37,883 bases of DNA, taken from IMG/VR virus record IMGVR_UViG_3300020045_007828, positions 1-37,883 of that record; one strand, given 5' to 3'. Of this stretch, positions 1 to 8,572 are shown piece after piece (position 1 is the stretch's first letter; every line of letters begins with the position of its first letter). Position numbers and translations under genes: made by a program. The DNA comes from a virus (taxonomy: Duplodnaviria; Caudoviricetes). Under the pieces are notes generated by a model that was not told the DNA's origin, did no database searches, and was given only the letters and a program-made list of their open reading frames with translations.

Positions 1-120
1 ACTGCGTTGTTGTACGCAATTGGCTTCTTCTTAAAAGGTGGATTCATTGAGGCAAAGAAATACCTACATGAGACTTTCTTTAACCTTAAACGAATTACTG
101 TTGATGCGTGGAACAGCTAA
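1..120 (+). CDS. 3' end of a hypothetical gene (partial), convergent with the lysis cassette
   Basis: Frame 1 is open from base 1 to TAA at 118-120 (TALLYAIGFFLKGG...DAWNS). No start in the window and no recognisable motif. Confidence 0.4.
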   Translation, partial: TALLYAIGFFLKGGFIEAKKYLHETFFNLKRITVDAWNS

Positions 121-127
121 CAGTTTA

Positions 128-247
128 TTATACGCCCCGCGCCGTATAACTACGATATTTACGCGCCAACCTTTTGTAAATCAATAGCTTAAAATTGGCT
201 TGGCGCATGAATGTTGGAGTTATACAGTTTAAACTATATAATTCCAA
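128..247. promoter_or_regulatory. Nested dyad-symmetry site with an IHF consensus (candidate cos or recombination site)
   Basis: TTATA-CGCCCCGCGCCG-TATAA at 128-149. Imperfect 26-bp inverted repeat 144-169/200-225 around AATCAATAGCTTA (179-191, matches WATCAANNNNTTR). 34-bp near-palindrome at 214-247. Confidence 0.5.
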
Positions 248-284
248 TTGTGCTATGAGTTAAGTGAATCTTGATAGGTTTTAT

Positions 285-836
285 TTATTGCTTGTCAATA
301 AGTCGCTTGATCACCGAATCCTGGGAAGCAGTCTTGTTCCGGCTACCCACACTGGTGCCGAAGAAGAACCCAATCACCGGTGCAAGCAGGCTACCTAATA
401 CGAAGCCAAGGCAAGTATCAGCAAAGCGAACGTTCTCAGCGGGGATGGTGGCGAAGGTGATCACGCCGATGTAGATACACGCCACGACAGCGAGGAAGCT
501 GGCGAAGTAATACACGAACCGCTTGCTGAACATGTCATCTTGACCAAGCGCGGCAACCTGCATCTGGCGTGAACTTTGAACATCTTTCAGTTCGGCATCC
601 ATCACCGCGAAAGCGTGTTCCCGAATCTGCTGTTCATTGTTAAGGTACAACTCTTTGAGCTTGAGTGCAGCCTGGGGATCAACAGCTATCGCTGCGGCCA
701 CTGCATCAGGGTTGTCATCCGCACCAAGAGCACCAGCTACCAAAGTGCCGAGGGCAGCACCAGCGGGACCACCGAGGGCTGTACCCAAAATAGGTGCAGC
801 CTTGCCGACCAACTTACCCACATCTTTCCAGTTCAT
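285..836 (-). CDS. Holin-like membrane protein (Gly-rich N-terminus, two C-terminal TM helices)
   Basis: Directly downstream of the endolysin. GAGGTG RBS before ATG at 836. Hydrophobic stretches FVYYFASFLAVVACIYIGVITF and LGFVLGSLLAPVIGFFFG, with a GFFFGxS ending typical of phage 3TM-holin-like proteins. Confidence 0.65.
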   Translation of the reverse strand: MNWKDVGKLVGKAAPILGTALGGPAGAALGTLVAGALGADDNPDAVAAAIAVDPQAALKLKELYLNNEQQIREHAFAVMDAELKDVQSSRQMQVAALGQDDMFSKRFVYYFASFLAVVACIYIGVITFATIPAENVRFADTCLGFVLGSLLAPVIGFFFGTSVGSRNKTASQDSVIKRLIDKQ

Positions 837-843
837 AGTCACC

Positions 844-1392
844 TCAGTTGATGTTGGTGCGATTCAGTAACCAGCCGTAGGTGAATTCCTCATTAGCTTC
901 CCGACCTTCCGAGATAGTCACAAAGTGATTCACCAACAAACCGTTGAGTCCGGTGAGCAAAACTTTTTCACCATCTTCACCACGGGCATCCAGGAATGCA
1001 CCCAACGCAGCCATTGTGTTGTGACCAATGGAACCATCGGTAGCGATATCTTTGTACAACGCCTGTTCACGGTTCAGCACGTTGAGTAAGCGCTGCAGCC
1101 ATTCGGAGGGACGAGCAGTGCCACACAGTACACCGGCATCCATGAGGGCTACCGCAACGGCAGATGAGCGCCACGCCACTTCATCGAAGCTAGGGCGCAC
1201 ATAATAAGTCTTGATGTAAATCTGGGAGGCGAGACTGCGGGGGAACTCACGCATATCACCCATATAACCGTGGTCACGGGCAACGCGCTCAGTGATACCG
1301 AATCGGGTTGGGCCACCTTTGTCTTTAGGGTTATTTACATAGTCGCCTTCGCGGGAAATAATGTCATCAATGATGGATTCGACTGTTTTCAT
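844..1392 (-). CDS. Endolysin, glycoside hydrolase family 108 with C-terminal peptidoglycan-binding domain
   Basis: REGDYVNNPKDKGGPTRFGIT (EGGY-type catalytic motif), WLQRLLN...DGSIG, and a C-terminal NEEFTYGWLLNR. Confidence 0.92.
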   Translation of the reverse strand: MKTVESIIDDIISREGDYVNNPKDKGGPTRFGITERVARDHGYMGDMREFPRSLASQIYIKTYYVRPSFDEVAWRSSAVAVALMDAGVLCGTARPSEWLQRLLNVLNREQALYKDIATDGSIGHNTMAALGAFLDARGEDGEKVLLTGLNGLLVNHFVTISEGREANEEFTYGWLLNRTNIN

Positions 1393-1643
1393 TTGTCCTG
1401 CTTCTTATCTAGTTTATCTTCGATTCTGTCGAGTTTTGTGAATAGCGCAGTGGTGGTCATATTGAACTCATCCCTACGCATATAATCACCGGCGACCAAT
1501 TTCTCAATTGATGCAACCTTTTCACTTAAGAGCTTATCGTCACGCTGTAAATCTTTAACCGCCTGCCAAACCTGCCTGAGCATGAATCCTGTGATCGAGC
1601 CAAGAACACCGATTAAAACGTTGATAAACTCTTGTGAACTCAT
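1389..1643 (-). CDS. Small single-TM lysis-associated protein (putative holin or antiholin)
   Basis: N-terminal TM segment (FINVLIGVLGSITGFML) followed by a coiled coil. Overlaps the endolysin start. Likely start is ATG at 1643. Confidence 0.6.
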   Translation of the reverse strand: MSSQEFINVLIGVLGSITGFMLRQVWQAVKDLQRDDKLLSEKVASIEKLVAGDYMRRDEFNMTTTALFTKLDRIEDKLDKKQDK

Positions 1644-1720
1644 AAGGTGCCTTTGAATATGGTTGTAATTTAACGGCATTTTAAAGCACCCAAAGAGTGT
1701 AAGTAAAACAAAAAGTTGTA

Positions 1721-4700
1721 TTAAGCCCGAACTACTGTGTGATTGTGCATCATCCAGCTAGTAAGACCGTCGCGCCGTGCTTCCAACTCGAAGCGAAGTT
1801 GGGAGTTCAGCGCTGCCGTTGAGTAAGCAATCTCACCTAATTGGTAATTGGGTGGGGTGAATGTGGCAGTGTATCGCGCAAAGTTCTTGGTGATCCTGAA
1901 ATCGTCAATGTAACCATGCCAACCGCGTGTACCACCCGCCGCACTTGACGCATCAAAACCAACATAGAGTAGAGCACTGTTACTACCAATGGTGCCGCTC
2001 TCGGTAGCCGATGCTTCGAGATTGCCGTTCAAGAACAGATACCAAGTTGTGTCTTTACGAACGATAGCAACGTGATACCAGGTATCCACTGTCATTGTTG
2101 TTGTGCCCACAGTATTCACCACTACGCTTCCACTGCTGTTCCATGCTACGAAGGCAACTTGGGCTGATGGGTTGGTGTAGAACACCCACTCTGTCGCTGT
2201 AGCACCACCGGAGGGGTGCTTACTAGCGATTGTCCTGATAGAACTGAGACTGGCTGGACGTACCCACGCTTCAATAGTGATGTCACCGGATGCTGCGCTG
2301 TACTTGCTTGAACTCGATGTAGTCAGGTAGTCACCAGTGCCATCGAAGTAGCCGGATGCACCACCGAAGCGAGATTGAACAGTGCTGATTTGAGCATTGC
2401 CTACGGCGGTCATCGCTACCGCATTAGGTGATGAGTCCGTGAAAGTGGTAGACGCATTAGTACCGTTGAAATTCAACATTACAGACACGTTGTCCCATTG
2501 TGGATCAATACCGCTGGTGAGCTTCGCCAGTTGTGACACTGGGGGTGTGAAGTCAGTAAGGTAGCGCGCACCACGAGTCACCCTATAGTCGTCCAGATAA
2601 CCATTGAAGAATCTATTTAAGCCTGTTTCGTTTTGAAAACCGATATTAGGCTGAATAACATTGCTGAAGTTAGATGAAAAAGTACCCGATGCGATACTTA
2701 CGCCATTCAGGTAAATCTTGATCACACCATTCGATCTAACAAATGCAACGTGGTTCCAGATATTATGATTTATTGAAGTCGATCCTGCGGTGAGGGTCGA
2801 AGTTATGCTATTCCATGCTGATATACCGGTGCCCGTTGTATTAGCGTCACCATCTATGAACAATTGAAATGCTGCAATTGATACACTTGGGCACCACAAT
2901 GATGCCACGCGCTTACCCTGTGAATCTAAGGGTGAGTTACCCGCAATATAAAACCAGGTTTCAATGGTGAAATCGCCTGTACCAAATGTGAAATCATTTG
3001 GTGATGATATCGATAGGTAATCACCAGTCCCATCGAAGTAACCTGATGCACCACCGAACTTCGACTGGGCAGTGCTGATCTGGGCGTTACCAACAGTAGT
3101 CAGTGTCTTGGTGAACTCTGCAATATTCTCCATTTCAACGGAACCATTTGACCCGTTGAAGTTCATCAGTAATGTGGTGTCTGACCAGTTTGGGTCAATG
3201 GCGTAGCTACTAGTGGTAGGTGGTGTGAAGTTGGTGGTGTAAGCAGCACCATGTCTGATGCGGAACTCGTCAAACAACATCTGGTTTGAGTCAGGGTAGT
3301 CATCCCCTATCCTCGGTTCAGTAACACCTACAATGTCCGAATAATTCACAACACCCGTGCCGACTTGATTACCGTTGCGATAAACAGTTACTTGCGCGGT
3401 ATCCAACGGCGCGCTGATTAATTCCAACACAATAGCGTAATGAACCCATGTGTCCAATGTTGTTGTTCCCGATAATGAAAACCAATCTTTAAACGTATCA
3501 GATTGATCTATAGTTCCAAACTCCATTGATACAGGATTGGAACCATTGTTTTTTATAAAACCAATTTTCCATCTGTTATATGCCCCAAATAAATGATGGC
3601 CGAAAACAGTATCAGTCATTGACGAATGAATCTTCGCCCAAAAATCGAATGTTATTTTTTTATCAGGTGAGTAATGTATATTGAATTCATCTTGTTCATA
3701 TAAGAAGCCACCGTCACCTAAACAACGGGTTCCGAATTTTGAGTCAGTTGTAACAATGGGGGCACGGAAATACGCACCCTCAGCACCACCGTAAGGATTC
3801 AATGATGCTATGTTTCCAATGGCGTAGTTAACTACATGTTCACCGGTGTTGTAATACGGATCATTGGGTTCCGGTTCTGCTGTGAACAGTGCGAATGTCT
3901 GATTAAAGTCAGCAGGTTTTGCATATTTCCCCAACTCTGAAGCAGGCGGTGTGAACGCAGTGGTGTAGCGTGCAACACCTTTGGTTATGCGAAGATCATC
4001 GATGTAACCGGTGAAATATTCAATATTAGCGCTGTAATCCCACGCTCCAATTCGTAAATCCTGACTGCTGACCGCAGGGGTGTTCAATCCTGAAATAGTA
4101 CCAGCCGAAACACCGTTGATGAAAACAGTACCACTGGTACTGTTTCTAACCATTGCGATGTGAACCCAAGTGTTAACCACCAGTGCTGCAGATACGTCTA
4201 TATACTGCTCAGTAGCAAAGCTGACACCGTAGAAATAAAAACGCAGCGCGTTTGTCGTTAACCATCTAATTGAAAAAGTTAAACCCGTCCAAGTTTGACC
4301 CGACGTATTATAGTAACCACGATGAACAATACCAAAATTGCTACTTAGGGAAGTTGCGTACACCCAACATTCAACTGTATAAGTTGTACCCAAGTCGAAC
4401 GCAACACTGCTCGGAAACCGTAAATAATCACCATTACCGTCAAAGTAACCGGACGCACCACCGAACTTGGACTGCGCAGTAGAAATACGTGCATCACCGA
4501 ATACCGTCGCAAAATTCGGTGACGAATCTACAAATGTGGTACTGGCATTAGCACCATTGAAGTTCAAAAGTAACTTAGTCTTGTCCCACCAGGGGTCGAT
4601 AACATCACCTGTGTCAACAACCGAACCGCCACCGTCGGCAGCTTCCAAAGCAGTGGTGTAGTTATAAGACTCACCTGTTAAACCAGTGTTGACGGTACGC

Positions 4701-7330
4701 AGAAGCACATCGGTATCACCGTATATACGCAACACATAGTCAGTACCCACTTCAGGTGTGATCGTACCTGTCGATTGATCAATGATCGAAGCAGTCTGGG
4801 TGAGACGGTTACGATGCTTCCACGTCAAATTAAGACCGTCACCCAAACCTATGTTCTCAGGATAAGCAACACCGTTTACCCGAACCTGACCAGGTGCATA
4901 TGGGCGAGCCTGACGCTGATTGATTGTGTATGTGTCTTCAGGTGTAGATGCAATTGCCAAGTCACCACTGGATGAATGCGTTTGCGCTTTGACCTTGACG
5001 ATTTCAGTGGGAATGTAGCTAATCTCATCCTGACCTGCAGATGCGTCAGTCAGAATAACGGTATCACCAATGGCGTGTTCTATTGGGACAGTATCGAGCG
5101 CACCACGGTTCACCGTGATGGTGTTAGCGTCGGTATCGTAATCGGTGATGTGCATGTACTCACCATTAACGATGACACACGCATTACCCGACTCGATGAG
5201 GTATGCAATATTTCCTGCATCTGCCACTTCGAGAACACTTGTTTCTTCACGCACCAATGCGGCAGTCAGCGTGGTCATTGCAGCGTAGGATGCAGTGGTG
5301 CGCAATTCTACGTCAGCAGAGCCAGCGGCAGTCCACAGGTTGTAACCCAATGCGTCAGTCGATGCCTCTTTAGCGAATACGTCAATGTAGCAATCTGTTG
5401 GTTCCAGATAATCTAGGTCAGCGGTACTCATCGTTCTGGCGATGTCGTAATACGGTGTCTCGGTGATGTAGCGATACGGGGATGCCGTGAGAGGGGTAAC
5501 GGGGTTCACCCAATCACTATATGTCGGCTTCACATATGAAGTGGCGGGTAGACCGAATACGTCTTGCACCGCTTCAATGGTGATTTTGTTGTCTTCGAGA
5601 CTACCCATATCCATCGACAGAATACGGCACACCATGTTGCTGATACCGTGGTCGATCCAGGTGAAATTAAATACGTCACCTTCATATAAGTGGAATGCGC
5701 GACGATCAGTTGTAATGGTGAGCTTAGCAATAGGTTTAATACGCGATTCAAGCTCACGCTGTGCAACACGGGCTGCTAGTTCAGGATTGCGAATACCTGG
5801 TAGATCGACTTCCTGACTCTTGATTTGACCGTCAAACAGACCCGCGAGGTCATGTACGGTGATGGCATCAGACACACCGTCAGCATTGGTGTACTTGAGT
5901 GTTACCTCATTGACAATTTCATCACCAGTGGCACGACTGTACGACACTAAGTTGGAATTAGTTTGATCTAATACTGTCAGAGAACCCACTGAGTAGTCGT
6001 CACGAATTAGCTTGATAAAGATTTTACCGGTGGAGCGGTCTTGAGTGACTACACCATTGATATGGCGCAGCACCAACATAATGAAGTCTTCAATTGTTGA
6101 CTGCTGCGTCCAACGCAGGCTGATACCGAAGCCTTCATCATAAAGAGCTTGAGCTACAGCATAGAATCGGGTGTCATCAATATCAGCAGTTGGATAACCC
6201 ATACCCCACTCAGTGTTCGTGAGACATTCGCGAATAATGTGAGCAGGGTTCATGTCACCTACGGTTGAAGCATCATGTAAACCTGTAATATCGCAAACAA
6301 AACGATCCCCACTCCATGTGTCGTTATCATCGTGCATAAGCATTGATACAGTGTTCCGACCCTTGCGAAACCGAGCTTTCGGTATAACAAAGGATACACT
6401 GGCTGAATGAGTATCATAACCGTTGTAAACTAATACCCCGTTTATCCATAAAGAAAACCCATTGTCAAAAAAAACATTGAATGGTACGTCCGATGTTAAT
6501 TCATTTACATATACGAACCGTTTTATCCAGACCTTAGTGTCAATTGGTACAATGGTTGATATATTGTTTCTAAAACCTAAAGAACTAATGGAAAGAGGAC
6601 CTTTATTGTCACCAAAGGGGAAAGTCCCTGATGACCACGATATAAATTCGTTTGTATCCCCCGAATAATTATTGGATGAACCAAGTGATTCAACCAAATA
6701 ATGCCATTCAGCAGTGTCTAAATCAGTATTTAATGCACCGGCGAATTCTTCACCTGTTACAGAACTGTTTAATACTGTTTCGATCTTCGCAATTTCAGGG
6801 TGCCAGTCTTTCGTATAACGGCGCGCCTTGATCTTGAACGGCTTGAAGTAAGGGTTCAGCGCTGACCAGCGAAACGCTTTAGATGGTACTTTGGGCTTGA
6901 GTGCGAACCCTGATGAGTTAGTAACCAAAGGTGGTGGTGATGCTTCTTTTGTGAATACACCGCTATCGGAAAACTCGGCATTGACCGCATCAACACCACG
7001 GAAAAATAGATTGAAGGTATTACGGTATGCAGGAACCGGACCAGCGATACCAGTTTTGCGCATAGACGAACCAAGGAATTCGTTTACCGGTAGGTCTGAC
7101 TCACCAAACATGAAGTCCACTTGACCGTAGACCCCACCTTCACGCTTCTCGCCACCAAAGAGTTCATCTTTGTAGATGCTTCGGGTGCCGCTCTCAATGA
7201 TCGATCCCACCCAGGCGGTTCTATCGCCCACGCGAATTTCAATGACTTCGTGAACCTCGTGCGCGAAGGTTGCCAGTACGTCCATGTCATACCAGTAACC
7301 TATGGTTTGCTTGCTTGATTTGCCGCCCAT
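1721..7330 (-). CDS. Tail tip / central fibre (host-specificity) protein with inserted galactose-binding-like and LamG/concanavalin-A-like domains
   Basis: MGGKSSKQTIGYWY start, LFGGEKREGG, DMNPAHIIRECLTNTEWGMG and TVNRGALDTVP motifs of Chi/YuA-type tail tips. Repeated FTIETW...WxHvAivR...yiNG...GYIDDfRiT LamG modules. Confidence 0.88.
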   Translation of the reverse strand: MGGKSSKQTIGYWYDMDVLATFAHEVHEVIEIRVGDRTAWVGSIIESGTRSIYKDELFGGEKREGGVYGQVDFMFGESDLPVNEFLGSSMRKTGIAGPVPAYRNTFNLFFRGVDAVNAEFSDSGVFTKEASPPPLVTNSSGFALKPKVPSKAFRWSALNPYFKPFKIKARRYTKDWHPEIAKIETVLNSSVTGEEFAGALNTDLDTAEWHYLVESLGSSNNYSGDTNEFISWSSGTFPFGDNKGPLSISSLGFRNNISTIVPIDTKVWIKRFVYVNELTSDVPFNVFFDNGFSLWINGVLVYNGYDTHSASVSFVIPKARFRKGRNTVSMLMHDDNDTWSGDRFVCDITGLHDASTVGDMNPAHIIRECLTNTEWGMGYPTADIDDTRFYAVAQALYDEGFGISLRWTQQSTIEDFIMLVLRHINGVVTQDRSTGKIFIKLIRDDYSVGSLTVLDQTNSNLVSYSRATGDEIVNEVTLKYTNADGVSDAITVHDLAGLFDGQIKSQEVDLPGIRNPELAARVAQRELESRIKPIAKLTITTDRRAFHLYEGDVFNFTWIDHGISNMVCRILSMDMGSLEDNKITIEAVQDVFGLPATSYVKPTYSDWVNPVTPLTASPYRYITETPYYDIARTMSTADLDYLEPTDCYIDVFAKEASTDALGYNLWTAAGSADVELRTTASYAAMTTLTAALVREETSVLEVADAGNIAYLIESGNACVIVNGEYMHITDYDTDANTITVNRGALDTVPIEHAIGDTVILTDASAGQDEISYIPTEIVKVKAQTHSSSGDLAIASTPEDTYTINQRQARPYAPGQVRVNGVAYPENIGLGDGLNLTWKHRNRLTQTASIIDQSTGTITPEVGTDYVLRIYGDTDVLLRTVNTGLTGESYNYTTALEAADGGGSVVDTGDVIDPWWDKTKLLLNFNGANASTTFVDSSPNFATVFGDARISTAQSKFGGASGYFDGNGDYLRFPSSVAFDLGTTYTVECWVYATSLSSNFGIVHRGYYNTSGQTWTGLTFSIRWLTTNALRFYFYGVSFATEQYIDVSAALVVNTWVHIAMVRNSTSGTVFINGVSAGTISGLNTPAVSSQDLRIGAWDYSANIEYFTGYIDDLRITKGVARYTTAFTPPASELGKYAKPADFNQTFALFTAEPEPNDPYYNTGEHVVNYAIGNIASLNPYGGAEGAYFRAPIVTTDSKFGTRCLGDGGFLYEQDEFNIHYSPDKKITFDFWAKIHSSMTDTVFGHHLFGAYNRWKIGFIKNNGSNPVSMEFGTIDQSDTFKDWFSLSGTTTLDTWVHYAIVLELISAPLDTAQVTVYRNGNQVGTGVVNYSDIVGVTEPRIGDDYPDSNQMLFDEFRIRHGAAYTTNFTPPTTSSYAIDPNWSDTTLLMNFNGSNGSVEMENIAEFTKTLTTVGNAQISTAQSKFGGASGYFDGTGDYLSISSPNDFTFGTGDFTIETWFYIAGNSPLDSQGKRVASLWCPSVSIAAFQLFIDGDANTTGTGISAWNSITSTLTAGSTSINHNIWNHVAFVRSNGVIKIYLNGVSIASGTFSSNFSNVIQPNIGFQNETGLNRFFNGYLDDYRVTRGARYLTDFTPPVSQLAKLTSGIDPQWDNVSVMLNFNGTNASTTFTDSSPNAVAMTAVGNAQISTVQSRFGGASGYFDGTGDYLTTSSSSKYSAASGDITIEAWVRPASLSSIRTIASKHPSGGATATEWVFYTNPSAQVAFVAWNSSGSVVVNTVGTTTMTVDTWYHVAIVRKDTTWYLFLNGNLEASATESGTIGSNSALLYVGFDASSAAGGTRGWHGYIDDFRITKNFARYTATFTPPNYQLGEIAYSTAALNSQLRFELEARRDGLTSWMMHNHTVVRA
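2325..3058. repeat. Intragenic direct repeats at the heads of the LamG modules
   Basis: 2325-2368 vs 3015-3058 are 40/44 identical by hand alignment (690-bp offset). A third, more diverged copy lies near 4425-4470. All encode FGGASGYFDGxGDYL. Confidence 0.8.
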
Positions 7331-7518
7331 TCTTTTCTCGCTTCTTCAACTGCGGCCAACGCCATAGCGTCACCGGTGGCTTCTAATGTTTCGACGGGTA
7401 TACCGTTTGTAATGAACTCGGACCAATCCAGATTGTGAAACTGAAACCAAAATCGGGCACCTTTGTTGCAATACTTAAGGTTGCCCGATTTGATATGTCT
7501 CACATGAACACGGATCAC
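7300..7518 (-). CDS. Small tail assembly protein
   Basis: YCNKGARFWF...LDWSEFITNGIP...ATGDAMA motif. Conserved position before the tail-tip gene. Confidence 0.75.
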   Translation of the reverse strand: MIRVHVRHIKSGNLKYCNKGARFWFQFHNLDWSEFITNGIPVETLEATGDAMALAAVEEARKEWAANQASKP

Positions 7519-7739
7519 TTACCGCCGCTCGACTTAATCGCTTTGGTTGACGCATTGCCGTAGTAGGAAATCGCAGCGTCATCAATCCACACCTCACCGA
7601 AGATCACGCAGATCGGCTCACCCAACTTGGGTGATGGAATATCCAGCGTACCGGCTGTGGGTGTTGGGATTTTCGGCTTGGGAGCAATTGCATAAGCAAT
7701 AGCAGAGATGACCAAGCTGACAAGTATTTGCATCCACAT
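7515..7739 (-). CDS. Small tail assembly protein
   Basis: Hydrophobic N-terminus plus GEPICVIFGEVWI motif. Syntenic after the BR0599-like gene. Confidence 0.75.
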   Translation of the reverse strand: MWMQILVSLVISAIAYAIAPKPKIPTPTAGTLDIPSPKLGEPICVIFGEVWIDDAAISYYGNASTKAIKSSGGK

Positions 7740-8572
7740 TAGTAGATCAACTCCCCGCTAAATGGATTCTTACTTGGTGTATAAGGGAAACCACCATAGC
7801 TGACCGCGTTGTCAAATTTAGTGTCGCACGTTGATATAGAGTGGTCGCAACCAGGGTAGAGCTTTACTATGTCACCAATATCCACGTTCATCGCTGGGCT
7901 GATTAGCGTAACCACATTGGTTGTACCAGGATGCGTAGTAATCATCCGGCGCTCAATCGTGTTCAATATGCCGTTGGTGTATTCAATGTATCCACCAGAG
8001 AAGTAACCGGCTGCAAAGGCGCTTACGCCTGACACTGTAATCGATGTACCACTCTGCGCTGAAACGGTGCCTGACAACTCGTAAGTTGCTCTAACAACAC
8101 CACAGGCTGGACCATAAAGTACATGAGGACAACTGATCTGGAACAGACGACGCAGACCATAGCGTTGCACGCTGCTGCGAATCGGTTCGCAGGATAGAAC
8201 AACTTCAGTGGGTTGCCACTCCAAGTTAATTATCCGGCCTTTCCACATCACGATTGTTTCGTGTGTCACGTCAGTGCGATGCACGCGCTTTGCAGTCAGT
8301 GAAACCACACCTGATGGCATAGACGTTCTGAATAATTCAAGAAACGCTGTGTCGTAAGGCAGCGTTATATCCAGCGACCCTTTCGATAAATCACCGCTGA
8401 ACTGCAAGCTACCACGGTGAATTGGTATAGGTGCGTAGGTAAAACCGGTCACTGAGTCTGTGTATTCTTCATCACCGCTGGTGTATCGCCAAGTATCAGC
8501 GCCGTAGCTGAACTCATAGAGTTCAAGAGGCGATCCACCTTCGATACTTTGCTCTTGTGCTATGAAGGTCAT
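7739..8572 (-). CDS. BR0599-family baseplate hub / minor tail protein
   Basis: CPHVLYGPACGV and PGCDHSISTCDTKFDNAVSYGGFPYTPSKNPF Cys motifs. Confidence 0.88.
   Translation of the reverse strand: MTFIAQEQSIEGGSPLELYEFSYGADTWRYTSGDEEYTDSVTGFTYAPIPIHRGSLQFSGDLSKGSLDITLPYDTAFLELFRTSMPSGVVSLTAKRVHRTDVTHETIVMWKGRIINLEWQPTEVVLSCEPIRSSVQRYGLRRLFQISCPHVLYGPACGVVRATYELSGTVSAQSGTSITVSGVSAFAAGYFSGGYIEYTNGILNTIERRMITTHPGTTNVVTLISPAMNVDIGDIVKLYPGCDHSISTCDTKFDNAVSYGGFPYTPSKNPFSGELIY

Noticed and set aside
128-149. Protelomerase telRL site by resemblance to TTATACGCGCGTATAA of N15
   Set aside because: The centre is asymmetric rather than a perfect palindrome, and no protelomerase or par genes are in the window. 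Kept only as a cos or recombination candidate.
1810-4600. Tail-tip repeats as a diversity-generating retroelement TR/VR pair
   Set aside because: The repeats are in-frame coding, their differences are not adenine-specific, and no reverse transcriptase is in the window.
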